DNA of 64,000 bases. It comes from Bacillales bacterium UBA4694. GTDB lineage: Bacteria; Bacillota_I; Bacilli_A; RFN20; CAG-288. The stretch covers positions 96,921-160,920 of the forward strand of contig DHKM01000035.1 of NCBI GenBank assembly GCA_002404835.1, read 5' to 3'. Position 1 is the first letter of the stretch; every line of letters starts with the position of its first letter. The position numbers and the translations under genes were made by a program. The notes below the pieces were generated by a model that was not told where the DNA came from, did not search any database, and worked only from the letters and a program-made list of their open reading frames with translations. Shown one piece after another: positions 1 to 9,408 of this stretch.

Positions 1-1319
1 CCCGTGGTATCTTCTTTTCTAAGTTCGATGGTCGGATTTTCAAGCATCATTTTTTCGACCGCAGGGAAAAGTTTATCCGAATCCTTCTTTGTGTCACAGA
101 CAATCGCTTTGAAATAAACCGGGGTGGGATAATTCACGGACTTGAACAGGACCGGTTTTTCTTTTGACGACAGGGTATAGGAGAGATGCATATCATCAAG
201 TCTGTTGGTGCAGGCAATGTCTCCGGCACTGGCTTCCTCGATTGGAATGAGCTTTTCTCCCTGGATGCTGAAAAGAGAGTTGATCTTGTATTCTTTCTGG
301 TTGTTCAGGCAGATGAATTCGTCTCCGGGATGTACTTTTCCTGATTGAACTTTGAAAATGGAAATCAGACCTTGGTATGGATTATAGGAATTCTTGAACA
401 CAGTGAGAGATGTACTCTCTTCTGTATCCGTCTTCACCTCGATCTCGTTTCCGTCTTGGTCTACGGCCGGAATCGGTTTGAGATCTTTCGGCGATGGGAG
501 ATAATCGATCAGCATAGACAAAGTCGTATTGATGCCGATGTCCTTGGTTGCCGAACCGACGATAAGAGGATAAAGTTCGCCGTTCAGTACTCCGTCTCGA
601 AGTCCTTTTTTGATTTCATCATTTGTCAAAGGCTCTCCGGAGAAGAACTTCTCAAGCATTTCGTCGTTTGTAGTGGCAACTGCTTCGCAGAGCCTATTAT
701 GGAGCTCGAAGACAATCTGCCTCTTGTCCTCGTAAATGATATCGTCTACACATTCTTTTCCGTTGTACTTCCTGGCTTTGAGTTCCACGACGTTGACGAA
801 ACCGTCAAAATTCTGCTCATGACCGGTAGGATAACAGAAGGGAACGATTTTCTTGTTATCGAGTTTTTCCGTGATTTCCTTCAGGATGGAGGAAAAATCG
901 ACATTCTCTTTATCCATCTTGTTGAGGAAGATGAATATCGGCACACCTCTTTTCCGGAGAAGATTGAAGTTCTTGATGGTTCCTATCTGCACGCCTTTGG
1001 ATGCATCAATGACAAGAATGGCTCCTTTGATAAGTCTCGTTATGCCGATGGTCTCAAAAATGAAATCGTCGTTGCCTGGGACATCGATTAAGTTGATTTT
1101 GTATCCCCTATATTCTAAAGGAATGATACTTGAGGATAGGGAAGACTGTTTTTTCTTCTCCTCTTCGAGGAAATCCGATAAGGTGTTTTTGGTTTCGATA
1201 CTTCCCTTCTTGTTAATAAGACCTGCTTTCAAGGCTAATGATTCGGCAAGGCTTGTTTTTCCGCTTCCCTGATGACCGACAATGGCTACGTTTCTGATTT
1301 TCTCTGGTAAATAGGTCAT
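1..1319 (-). CDS. Elongation factor G family translational GTPase (EF-G2-like paralogue), N-terminal ~440 codons; the C-terminus lies beyond the window start
   Basis: Absent from the ORF track because it runs off the window. The reverse complement of 1201-1319 reads MTYLPEKIRNVAIVGHQGSGKTSLAESLALKAGLINKKG (G1 P-loop). Further in is KINLIDVPGNDDF (G3 DxPG). AAGGAG lies ~10 nt upstream of the ATG at 1319. The + strand ORFs 345..1091 and 853..1272 are its antisense shadows. Confidence 0.8.
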   Translation of the reverse strand, partial: MTYLPEKIRNVAIVGHQGSGKTSLAESLALKAGLINKKGSIETKNTLSDFLEEEKKKQSSLSSSIIPLEYRGYKINLIDVPGNDDFIFETIGITRLIKGAILVIDASKGVQIGTIKNFNLLRKRGVPIFIFLNKMDKENVDFSSILKEITEKLDNKKIVPFCYPTGHEQNFDGFVNVVELKARKYNGKECVDDIIYEDKRQIVFELHNRLCEAVATTNDEMLEKFFSGEPLTNDEIKKGLRDGVLNGELYPLIVGSATKDIGINTTLSMLIDYLPSPKDLKPIPAVDQDGNEIEVKTDTEESTSLTVFKNSYNPYQGLISIFKVQSGKVHPGDEFICLNNQKEYKINSLFSIQGEKLIPIEEASAGDIACTNRLDDMHLSYTLSSKEKPVLFKSVNYPTPVYFKAIVCDTKKDSDKLFPAVEKMMLENPTIELRKEDTT

Positions 1320-1493
1320 ATTCCTTTCTCCTTGTAATCGCTTACAATATAATTAGAGTATATCATGAAATAACTAAAATGAATATAAAATGTTGTCTTT
1401 TGAATTTTATTTCATTTTATGCGACTAATTTACTGAACATCTAATCAGAAGATAAACGACAAAATGTAAGCGGTATCCAATTATAAAAAAGAA

Positions 1494-1519
1494 AAAGTGC
1501 TGTTTTTTTTCAGCACTTT
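1494..1519 (-). terminator. Rho-independent terminator after the MarR-ABC exporter operon
   Basis: 9-bp stem AAAGTGCTG (1494-1502) / CAGCACTTT (1511-1519). On the minus strand it is followed by a U-run (TTCTTTTTTATAA). It sits 5 nt after the stop at 1524. Confidence 0.6.
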
Positions 1520-1523
1520 ATCG

Positions 1524-3332
1524 TCATTCAAATGCGAACTGAGAGTTGTAAAGGGAAGCATAGAACCCATTCTTTTTCATGAGTTCTTCATGATTTCCAA
1601 CTTCGATGATGTTTCCATCCTTCATGACGAGAATCATATCGGCATTCTTGATGGTACTGAGTCTGTGGGCGATGACAAAGCTTGTTTTCTTGGCTGTAAG
1701 CTTGTCCATGGCTTCCTGTATTTCCTCTTCTGTTCTGGTATCCACGTTGGATGTGGCTTCATCTAGAATCATCATCGGCGTTTTTCTAAGCATGGCTCGG
1801 CATATGGTGATAAGCTGTCTTTGTCCGGCAGAGAGAGAATTGGAATCCTTGATGACATAATCGAGTTTTCCCGGCAAGGTCTCGACGAAATGGTAGAGGT
1901 TTGCTTCTTTGCAGGCCTGAAGGATTTCTTCATCTGTCACTCCCTGAGTGGAATAGACCAGGTTGTCCCTTAAAGTACCTTCGAAGATCCAGGTATCCTG
2001 GAGCACCATGCCGAACAGGCTGTGGATTTCGCTTCTAGGCATATCGTGGATGTTTATTCCATCGATGGTGATTTTTCCCTGACTGATTTCATAGAAACGC
2101 ATCAGAAGATTGACCATCGTGGTTTTTCCGGCACCGGTCGGACCGACGATGGCGACTTTCATACCAGGTTTGACGTGGGCAGAAAAGTCGTGGATGATTT
2201 CTCTTGATGGATCATAGGAGAAATGGACGTGATCGAATATGATTTCGCCCTGGATGGTTTTATTGTTGTTTTCAAAGAGCTTGTTTGTTTTGCCATCCTC
2301 GTTTTCCATCTCCTTCTCGGCAAGGAAGTCGAAGACACGTTTGCTGGCTGCTCCGGCACTTTGAAGACTGTTCATGGCCTGGCCTAGTTGTGCTAGCGGA
2401 GACTGGAAGAGGTTGACATAGATGGTGAAGGCTGTGATGGTGCCATAAGTGATTCCGGAAACGTTGTTGGCAAGGAGGAGGCCTCCGGAAAGGAAAACTC
2501 CTGCCATGACAAGATAACTAACGAAGGAGTTGATCGGCATGATGAACCCACCGCAGATTTGGGCTTTTGTCATGGTAGTCCCCAGTTCTGTATTGTTCTT
2601 TTCGAAATAGGAGTCCATCTTCTTTTCGGCATTGAAGAGCTTGATGACCGTCTGACCGGAATATTTTTCTTCCACGATACCGTTTACCATACCGATTTCT
2701 TCTTGTCTCTTGATGAACAGAGGCGAGGCGATTTTCATGATGAACATCAGGAGAATCAGCATCAGAGGAAGAGAAATCAGTGCAACGAGCGCCATCTGCC
2801 AGGAAGTGTAGAACATACCGATCAACGAACCGACTAGCATGAATACTGAGGAGATGACCATGGAAATGGCTTGGTCAAGGGACTGGGCCAAAGTATCCAC
2901 ATCGTTGGTGACACGGCTCAGGATATCGCCGATAGTGGTCCTATCGAAATAACTCAGAGGGATCCGGTTGATTTTCTCGGAGATGGTTTTCCTTAGGTTA
3001 TAGGCATAATGCTGTGAGACACTTGTAAGGATGAAGGATGCTAGATAATTCGTGATGATATATGCGGCATAAATGATGATAAGAATGAACAGATAATGGG
3101 TAACCTGGTCGATGTCGATCTTTGTTCCGTTTCCGCCCAAGGCAATCAGATTCGTCATGTCCTTCAGGTATTGAGGGGAGATGATCTGAAGAACGACGGA
3201 AGTCAGAAGAAGGAGACTTGCAATGATGAAATAAGGTAAGAATTTCTTGGCGGAAGACATGTATTTCGCCATGGATTTTTTGTCGAATTCCGGTTTTCCG
3301 TTTGCTCTTTGGAATACGCTTTTGCGATTCAT
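1524..3332 (-). CDS. ABC exporter, fused permease/ATPase half-transporter (canonical NBD partner of a heterodimer)
   Basis: 602 aa. A six-TM exporter domain is followed by an NBD with Walker A GPTGAGKTT, Walker B MMILDEATS, H-loop FVIAHRLST and signature LSAGQRQL (Gly to Ala). ATGA overlap with the upstream partner gene. Confidence 0.9.
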   Translation of the reverse strand: MNRKSVFQRANGKPEFDKKSMAKYMSSAKKFLPYFIIASLLLLTSVVLQIISPQYLKDMTNLIALGGNGTKIDIDQVTHYLFILIIIYAAYIITNYLASFILTSVSQHYAYNLRKTISEKINRIPLSYFDRTTIGDILSRVTNDVDTLAQSLDQAISMVISSVFMLVGSLIGMFYTSWQMALVALISLPLMLILLMFIMKIASPLFIKRQEEIGMVNGIVEEKYSGQTVIKLFNAEKKMDSYFEKNNTELGTTMTKAQICGGFIMPINSFVSYLVMAGVFLSGGLLLANNVSGITYGTITAFTIYVNLFQSPLAQLGQAMNSLQSAGAASKRVFDFLAEKEMENEDGKTNKLFENNNKTIQGEIIFDHVHFSYDPSREIIHDFSAHVKPGMKVAIVGPTGAGKTTMVNLLMRFYEISQGKITIDGINIHDMPRSEIHSLFGMVLQDTWIFEGTLRDNLVYSTQGVTDEEILQACKEANLYHFVETLPGKLDYVIKDSNSLSAGQRQLITICRAMLRKTPMMILDEATSNVDTRTEEEIQEAMDKLTAKKTSFVIAHRLSTIKNADMILVMKDGNIIEVGNHEELMKKNGFYASLYNSQFAFE

Positions 3333-5236
3333 AAACCCAATTCCTCCTTGGAAAGCTGAGAGAGTGCGATATCCAGATAAGTCTTGCAGTTTTTGAGAAG
3401 TTCCTTATGGGTTCCCTGACCGACTACTTTTCCGTTTTCAAGGACGAGGATTTCATCCGCGTCCATGATGGTACCGATTCTCTGGGCTACGATGACTTTT
3501 GTTACATCTGGCATCTGCTCTTTGATGTTTTGTCTGACTTTTAGATCTGTTTTGAAATCCAGGGCAGAGAAAGAATCATCGAAGACGACGATTTCCGGGT
3601 GGATGGCCAAAGCTCTTGCAATGCAGAGTCGCTGTCTTTGCCCTCCGGATACATTTGTTCCACCTTGCGCTATCGGTGAATCGAATTTTTCAGGCATTTT
3701 TTCAATGAACTCGTCGGCACAGCTGATCTTGGCGACTTGTTCCATCTCATCTTGTTTCAGATCATCGTTTCCGAGCATTAGGTTCGACTTGATGGTTCCG
3801 GTGAAGAGAAGACCTTTTTGGGGAATGAATCCGATTTTGGAATGAAGGGTCTTCTGGTTCAGGTCTTTGACGTTGATGCCGTCGATCAGGACTTCGCCTT
3901 GTGTGGCATCATAGAGTCTTGGTATTAGGTTGATGAGCGTTGTTTTTCCGCATCCTGTTGCGCCGATGATGGCGACTGTCATGCCTTTTTCCGCTTTGAA
4001 GCTGACGTTGGAGAAAATGTCCTTTTCGGCATCCGGGTAGCGGAAGGAAACGTTTCTGAATTCGATGCTGCCTTTTTCTTTGGAGATTTTTTCCTTCACT
4101 GGATCCAGAATGTCGTTTTTGCTTTCGAGGACTTCGTTGATACGTTTGGCTGAGACACTAGCTCTCGGATACATGACGAAGAGCATCAAAAGCATCATGA
4201 AGGCCATGATAATCTGGGAAGAAAGCTGGGCAAATGAAACTAAATCTGCATAATAAAGTTGATTATCGTTGATGAGGATTGCTCCTACATAATACAAAGC
4301 AAGAGTGACTCCGTTCATGACGAGGGTCATAAGCGGCGACATCAGAGCCATAGCATGACCGGTGAAGAGGTTTAGATGCATGAGGTCGGAGTTGGCATTG
4401 TCGAATTTTCTTTCTTGGTATTTTTCTGCATTGAAGGCTCTGACGACTCTGACACCGCTGAGGCTTTCTTCGGTTATTCCGTTGAGCCTATCGATATATT
4501 TCTGGGAAACCTTGAATTTCGGAAGAACAAGAATCATCAAAACGATAAGGCAGGCTACCATGCAGATGATGCTGATTGCTGTTACAAGCGTGAGCTGTGT
4601 GGAACTCGCCTGGATTTTGAGAATGGCCCAAATGGCCGTTACAGGAGCGGCAAAGAACATTCTTGTGATGAGAAGAATGGTCATCTGGACGTTTTCGAGG
4701 TCATTTGAGGTTCTCGTGATTAAGGAAGGTATGGAGAAGGAGTTGATGTTGTTCAAAGACATCGAAGAAACCTTGCTGTTGATTTCGGAACGTACACGAG
4801 TGGCAAAGCTGGCAGCGATGATGGAAGCTAAGGTGCATATGACCATCTGGACTAAGACATAGCCGACGGCGTTTAGAATGATCATTCCGCCATTGAACCA
4901 GATGTCGTTTACTGTTGCAATCGCAATATTATGGACGATAGGCTGAATCGTAGCCAATTGGTCGGATGGAATCATCGGAAACTGACTTGGATTGGATAGG
5001 GCACTATCAAACTGTGCCCAAGACATCTGACTTGGTATGATTGCTCCCAGGTTGAAGCTTCCCATGGAAATCAATTCTGGATGGTTCTGATAATTGATAT
5101 AGGTTATGGCGGTCATGATCCCACTGATATAGTCTGTCATATTCATGACACAATATACCTGCAGAACGGTTAAACCGAGTATGATGACGATGAGCGCCCA
5201 ATCGACTTTTCTTAGTTTTTTCAGAAGTTTGAACAT
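3329..5236 (-). CDS. ABC exporter, fused permease/ATPase half-transporter (degenerate NBD partner)
   Basis: 635 aa. TMD plus NBD with Walker A GATGCGKTT and signature VSGGQRQR. Walker B is IVVFDDS (catalytic Glu replaced by Asp) and the H-loop is VAQRIGT (His replaced by Gln). Confidence 0.9.
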   Translation of the reverse strand: MFKLLKKLRKVDWALIVIILGLTVLQVYCVMNMTDYISGIMTAITYINYQNHPELISMGSFNLGAIIPSQMSWAQFDSALSNPSQFPMIPSDQLATIQPIVHNIAIATVNDIWFNGGMIILNAVGYVLVQMVICTLASIIAASFATRVRSEINSKVSSMSLNNINSFSIPSLITRTSNDLENVQMTILLITRMFFAAPVTAIWAILKIQASSTQLTLVTAISIICMVACLIVLMILVLPKFKVSQKYIDRLNGITEESLSGVRVVRAFNAEKYQERKFDNANSDLMHLNLFTGHAMALMSPLMTLVMNGVTLALYYVGAILINDNQLYYADLVSFAQLSSQIIMAFMMLLMLFVMYPRASVSAKRINEVLESKNDILDPVKEKISKEKGSIEFRNVSFRYPDAEKDIFSNVSFKAEKGMTVAIIGATGCGKTTLINLIPRLYDATQGEVLIDGINVKDLNQKTLHSKIGFIPQKGLLFTGTIKSNLMLGNDDLKQDEMEQVAKISCADEFIEKMPEKFDSPIAQGGTNVSGGQRQRLCIARALAIHPEIVVFDDSFSALDFKTDLKVRQNIKEQMPDVTKVIVAQRIGTIMDADEILVLENGKVVGQGTHKELLKNCKTYLDIALSQLSKEELGL

Positions 5237-5751
5237 TTTTCTTTGTCCTTTCTATCCGGCATGACTTCAATGCCTTTGCTTTTTTCGAGAATTTCCTTCT
5301 TCATCTTGTAGTAGTCTGTCGATTCTTTGGCAATGATTTCGGCAAGACGGTTTGCTTCTTTCAGCTCTTCTTCTCCGATTTTCTTCTTTAGAGAAAGGAA
5401 GTAAGAGTCGATATCGGATTCGATGAGATTGGCCAGCCCTTGACCTTTTTTGGTCAGGGAAAAGTATTTTTTCCGTCTATCCTTTTCGTCTATGATATGG
5501 ATCAGATATCCTTTTTCTTCCATATCCCTGGTGGCATTGGCAATTCGACTTTTGCTGACTTTGTGCGTAGCCGCAGCTTCAGCCGGAGAGATTTTTTTGT
5601 CTGGAAAGAGGTTGAGAAGGAAGAATAACTGACCTGGCCCTAAATCATCGACTAAATCGGAAAGAGGATTGATCGACCAAAAATAGAAATAAATCTGGCA
5701 TAAAAGGAATTGGGAGATTCCACAATCATTAAAAGAAGAGTTGCTATCCAT
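5221..5751 (-). CDS. MarR family transcriptional regulator, first gene of the exporter operon
   Basis: 176 aa. Winged-HTH segment ISPAEAAATHKVSKSRIANATRDMEEKGYLIHIIDEKDRRKKYFSLTKKG is typical of MarR. It overlaps the following ABC gene by 16 nt. The exact start is uncertain. Confidence 0.75.
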   Translation of the reverse strand: MDSNSSFNDCGISQFLLCQIYFYFWSINPLSDLVDDLGPGQLFFLLNLFPDKKISPAEAAATHKVSKSRIANATRDMEEKGYLIHIIDEKDRRKKYFSLTKKGQGLANLIESDIDSYFLSLKKKIGEEELKEANRLAEIIAKESTDYYKMKKEILEKSKGIEVMPDRKDKEKCSNF

Positions 5752-5865
5752 AGTTCACCTCGTGAAATATTTTTACATTCAAAAATTATACGAATCATTT
5801 ACCAAAATTCAATAGAAAAAGATAAAATATTTTACTCTGTGAATCAATTTATAGATAAAGCGGTT

Positions 5866-6150
5866 TCAATCTTCGTATTCGTCACCATATTTGTGATTAT
5901 CTGTTTCGTGATGAATATTGAGATTTCTATATCCGTTCTTGCTTCCACCCCAACGAAAAAGGATTTCGTCCCTTTGGGAATCGTCAATGGCATAGTAGCC
6001 ATCATTGCCATTCAAAATCTTCTCTTTTTCCTCATAATCTAATATATCCCAGTCTGTAGTTCTGTGTCTTATGAAGTAATTTCCGTTATCTTCTACGATG
6101 ATTTCTTCGGGATCAGAAAAATCCCCTTTTCCGATATAAATATAGTTCAT
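5866..6150 (-). CDS. Hypothetical small acidic protein (94 aa)
   Basis: The track ORF 5866..6228 overlaps the upstream permease gene, so I use the internal ATG at 6150 (MNYIYIGKGDFSDPEE...). No recognisable motif. The tail is acidic and His-rich (HHETDNHKYGDEYED). Confidence 0.4.
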   Translation of the reverse strand: MNYIYIGKGDFSDPEEIIVEDNGNYFIRHRTTDWDILDYEEKEKILNGNDGYYAIDDSQRDEILFRWGGSKNGYRNLNIHHETDNHKYGDEYED

Positions 6151-6182
6151 AGCTATATTATAAAGGAAAGGGGACTGATTTT

Positions 6183-7235
6183 TCAGAAAATCGGAAGCGT
6201 CAGACAAAGTTTGATGAGAATGAAGCAAAGAGGAATCGAGATGACACAGAAGACCGTAGACAGGAAAATGGAATCACTGGCAAGATAGCCTTCCTTCTGG
6301 AAATTGACACAATAAGCTGCAACAACGGCGCCGACAGGAGCTCCGTTTCCGATGACTAAAGCAGCTAATTGATATTCGTTGAAGGTGAACAAATGTGTGG
6401 CTTGAAGGACTAGACAAAGAGAAAGGATAATGAGAGGTACGACAATCGTTCTAAGGGCGGCTATGAACCAGGCAAGTTTGTTTTTGATGGCTGAAAGGAA
6501 ATCGCATTCTCCTAAGGTAACACCAATCATCAGCATGCAGGTCGGTGTAGCCATGCTGTCTCCGAATTGAAATATTTTATATAAAGCAGGACAAGTTTTA
6601 TCAATACGAAGAAACCCGTAATTCGTTCCATTGATATTGACTTGGAAAATATGGTTCTGTATCAACCAAATTAACAAACCTGAGAACATGCAAATCATAA
6701 TCGGATTAATAAAGATGCTTTTTATTGTTTTTCCAGCTGTTTCTTTTGTCATCTTGATACCTGAAATCGTAAGGTAAGCATAAATATATGTCATAAAGCG
6801 GAAGGCGATTGTCATCAAGGATGCTGGAATGAGGACGTCAGATATATGATTGGCATAGATAGCTTTCAAAATCGGAGTAGAAACAAATGTAAGTTGACCG
6901 ATGGCAACGAAGATTCCAATGATTCTTCGTTTGTTTTTATTGACTTTGATGAAAATCAATTCAGAAAGGAGCAAGGCGATAAGATAGAATACGAAATCAA
7001 AAACAAGAATCAGGATGTTACCGAGGAATTCTTCTTCATGGAAATCACTCATAAAGGCACAAAAAGCCATGCAGGGAATTGCAACATACATGATGATGGC
7101 ATTGATGACTTTTTTGCCATGTTCATTGATGATGTTTTTTCTTCGCAAGATGAATCCGATGAGAATAAATACGATCGAGGCGATGATTGCCCCAAGGAAA
7201 TTCTGATCTGTGAAAATTTGTTTTATGATTTCCAT
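6183..7235 (-). CDS. Auxin-efflux-carrier (AEC) family permease
   Basis: 350 aa, about 10 TM segments. The overall pattern, with two hydrophobic halves around a central loop, resembles AEC/malate-permease-type transporters. GGAGG lies 6 nt upstream of the ATG at 7235. Confidence 0.65.
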   Translation of the reverse strand: MEIIKQIFTDQNFLGAIIASIVFILIGFILRRKNIINEHGKKVINAIIMYVAIPCMAFCAFMSDFHEEEFLGNILILVFDFVFYLIALLLSELIFIKVNKNKRRIIGIFVAIGQLTFVSTPILKAIYANHISDVLIPASLMTIAFRFMTYIYAYLTISGIKMTKETAGKTIKSIFINPIMICMFSGLLIWLIQNHIFQVNINGTNYGFLRIDKTCPALYKIFQFGDSMATPTCMLMIGVTLGECDFLSAIKNKLAWFIAALRTIVVPLIILSLCLVLQATHLFTFNEYQLAALVIGNGAPVGAVVAAYCVNFQKEGYLASDSIFLSTVFCVISIPLCFILIKLCLTLPIF

Positions 7236-7331
7236 AATGACCTCCGAAATACATTATGGATTGTACTCTTTTTTTTCTATATTAAGGCCTTGTAATTTTC
7301 CAATTGAAGCGTTTTCTCAGGGTCAAACCAC

Positions 7332-7370
7332 AAAAAAACTCCAAACGCATTGAAAACGTTCGGAGTTTTT
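7332..7370 (-). terminator. Probable terminator downstream of htpG
   Basis: Imperfect hairpin AAAACTCCAAACG (7335-7347) / CGTTCGGAGTTTT (7357-7369) with one mismatch and A/T runs on both sides. It lies 12 nt past the htpG stop. Confidence 0.5.
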
Positions 7371-7381
7371 ATCCTTATACG

Positions 7382-9319
7382 TTATTTCTTCAAAGAGAGG
7401 ATGAGTTCGTTGAGATCCTTGACAAACTTTGCTTTGTCGTCGATTTCAAAACCTTCGGCAAGCATGGCTTCATTGTAGAGAACATTGCTTAAAAGGGATA
7501 CCTTGTGAGAATCTGTCTCGCCTTTGACGGCCTGGAAGAGGGCATTGTCCGGATTGATCTGGAGTACCTTTCTTGCTTTGGCTCTTTCATCCGGATTGTT
7601 CTTTGCTTCTGGATTTTCGGAATTGAGTACATTCTCCATGTTGAGGGAAAGACCATCCATGGTAGCGATACTGACAGGGTTTTCTCCGAGATTCAATGCG
7701 AAGCTTACATCATCCACTTTATCCTTCAAAGAATCTTTCATCATATCAATCAAGGCTTTGTTGTCTTTTTCCAAAGTCTCAACTTGTTTTTTCTCTTCAG
7801 CGCTCAAAGATTCTTTATCAAGCGTAGTGATGTTCTTGAATTCGACATCATCATATTTCTGCATCATGGTCAGGGCGAATTCGTCCACATTTTCGTCCAA
7901 AAGAAGGACATCCATTCCGTTCTTTCTGAAGCGTTCCATTTCCGGAAGCATCTTGATGCTTTCCAAAGTCTTTCCGGATGCGAAGTAGATGGCTTTCTGG
8001 TCCTTTAGCATATTCTCTTTATATGTTTTGAGGGAAATCGGCTTTTCGTTCTTGAGTGTGTGGAAGACAAGAAGATCTTGGAGCATGTCTTTCTTCATTC
8101 CATAAGTGGAATAGATACCGAATTTGATGAAATTTCCGTATTCTTTGAAGAAGGTGAGGTACTTCTCATAATCTTCGTCCTTAAGTTGTTTAAGACGGTC
8201 GACAATCTTCTTTTCCAATGCGGTAGAAATCTTAGAGAGTATCGGAGATTTCTGAAGCATTTCTCTGGAGATATTGAGGGAAAGATCTTCGCTGTCGATA
8301 AGTCCGCGGACAAACTTGAGATAATCCGGAACTAATTCCTTGTTTTTCTCTTCGATGAAGATGCCTTTGGCATATAAAGCTAGACCTTTTTCGTAATCCT
8401 GGGCATAGAGATTATATGGAGCATGGCTTGGAATATAAATCAAAGCATTGTACTCCAACATACCTTCTGCTTTGATGTTCATTGAAATGAGAGGATCTTC
8501 GTAATCGTTGAATCTTGTTTTATAGAAATCAGCTAAATCCTTGTCGGTAACATCCTTCCTTGGCTTATTCCAAAGCGGAATCATGGAATTCAACGTGTCC
8601 AATGAATATTCGTCATGGAATTTCCCTTCGATTTCTTTTCCATCCTTGTCTTTATCCGGAACGGAATGCTTGCAATTCATGACAATAGGATAACGGATGA
8701 AATCAGAATACTTTTTGACAAGTTCCTTGATTTCGTATTCTTCGAGATATTTGGAATATTTTTCATCGTCCTCATCATCTTTTAGATATACTCGAACGGC
8801 TGTTCCGCTATCTTTTAAGAAATCAATCGGCTTGTCTTCGATGGAATAAGTCTCAATGCCATCAGAAGAGAAGACATAGCTTTTACCTTCCAGATCTTTA
8901 GTATAGACTTCAATCTTTTTGGCAACCATGAAAGCAGAATAGAAACCGACACCGAACTGACCTATGAGATCGACATCTTTATTCTTATCTTTGGCTTCCT
9001 TGTATTTTTCCAGGAACTCCTTGGTTCCGGATTTGGCAATGGTACCGAGGTTCTTCTCGATATCCTCTTTGCTCATACCGATACCATTATCCTGGATTTG
9101 AATCCATTTTTCCTTATCATCTTTTTGAAGAAGGATTTCATAATCCTTGGTTGGGTATTTTCCGGAACTGGATAATGCCAGGATTTTGTATTTGTCAATG
9201 GCATCCGATGCATTGGAAATAAGTTCACGAAGGAACACTTCCTTGTTGGAATAGATGGAATTGATCATCAGGTTCAGCAACTCTTTGGATTCTGTTTTGA
9301 ATTTTTTCTCTTCAATCAT
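7382..9319 (-). CDS. htpG: Molecular chaperone HtpG (Hsp90)
   Basis: Hsp90 signatures ELISNASDAIDK and GQFGVGFYSAFMVA. Start moved from 9352 to the ATG at 9319 (MIEEKKFKTESKEL...), which has AAGGAG 9 nt upstream. Confidence 0.95.
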   Translation of the reverse strand: MIEEKKFKTESKELLNLMINSIYSNKEVFLRELISNASDAIDKYKILALSSSGKYPTKDYEILLQKDDKEKWIQIQDNGIGMSKEDIEKNLGTIAKSGTKEFLEKYKEAKDKNKDVDLIGQFGVGFYSAFMVAKKIEVYTKDLEGKSYVFSSDGIETYSIEDKPIDFLKDSGTAVRVYLKDDEDDEKYSKYLEEYEIKELVKKYSDFIRYPIVMNCKHSVPDKDKDGKEIEGKFHDEYSLDTLNSMIPLWNKPRKDVTDKDLADFYKTRFNDYEDPLISMNIKAEGMLEYNALIYIPSHAPYNLYAQDYEKGLALYAKGIFIEEKNKELVPDYLKFVRGLIDSEDLSLNISREMLQKSPILSKISTALEKKIVDRLKQLKDEDYEKYLTFFKEYGNFIKFGIYSTYGMKKDMLQDLLVFHTLKNEKPISLKTYKENMLKDQKAIYFASGKTLESIKMLPEMERFRKNGMDVLLLDENVDEFALTMMQKYDDVEFKNITTLDKESLSAEEKKQVETLEKDNKALIDMMKDSLKDKVDDVSFALNLGENPVSIATMDGLSLNMENVLNSENPEAKNNPDERAKARKVLQINPDNALFQAVKGETDSHKVSLLSNVLYNEAMLAEGFEIDDKAKFVKDLNELILSLKK

Positions 9320-9341
9320 GTTTTTTATCTCCTTGAAAGAT

Positions 9342-9369
9342 ATTATAGTCACAAATTTGGCACTTTCAA
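9342..9369 (-). promoter_or_regulatory. Sigma-70-type promoter of htpG overlapping CIRCE
   Basis: On the minus strand: TTGAAA (9369-9364), a 16-nt spacer, then TATAAT (9347-9342). The -35 box lies inside the CIRCE spacer. Confidence 0.5.
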
Positions 9370-9383
9370 GTATTGAGTGCTAA
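9357..9383 (-). promoter_or_regulatory. CIRCE operator (HrcA binding site) upstream of htpG
   Basis: The + strand reads TTGGCACTT-N9-GAGTGCTAA. The minus strand reads TTAGCACTC-N9-AAGTGCCAA. Compared with the consensus TTAGCACTC-N9-GAGTGCTAA, one half-site is perfect and the other has 2 mismatches. Confidence 0.8.
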
Positions 9384-9408
9384 ATAAAAGATCCCTTTTA
9401 TAGGGATC
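9381..9408 (-). terminator. Rho-independent terminator after the hypB/135-aa gene pair
   Basis: Stem GATCCCT (9390-9396) / AGGGATC (9402-9408). On the minus strand it is followed by TTTTATTTA. It overlaps the TAG stop of the 135-aa gene. Confidence 0.6.

Noticed and set aside
345-1272. Track ORFs 345..1091 (+, 248 aa) and 853..1272 (+, 139 aa)
   Set aside because: They are antisense shadows of the partial EF-G family gene on the minus strand (clear G1 and G3 GTPase motifs). The + strand translations are low-complexity, with no motifs and no SD.
5866-6228. Long form (120 aa) of the small ORF starting at 6228
   Set aside because: It would overlap the last 46 nt of the AEC permease gene and has no SD. 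The internal ATG at 6150 is the more plausible start.
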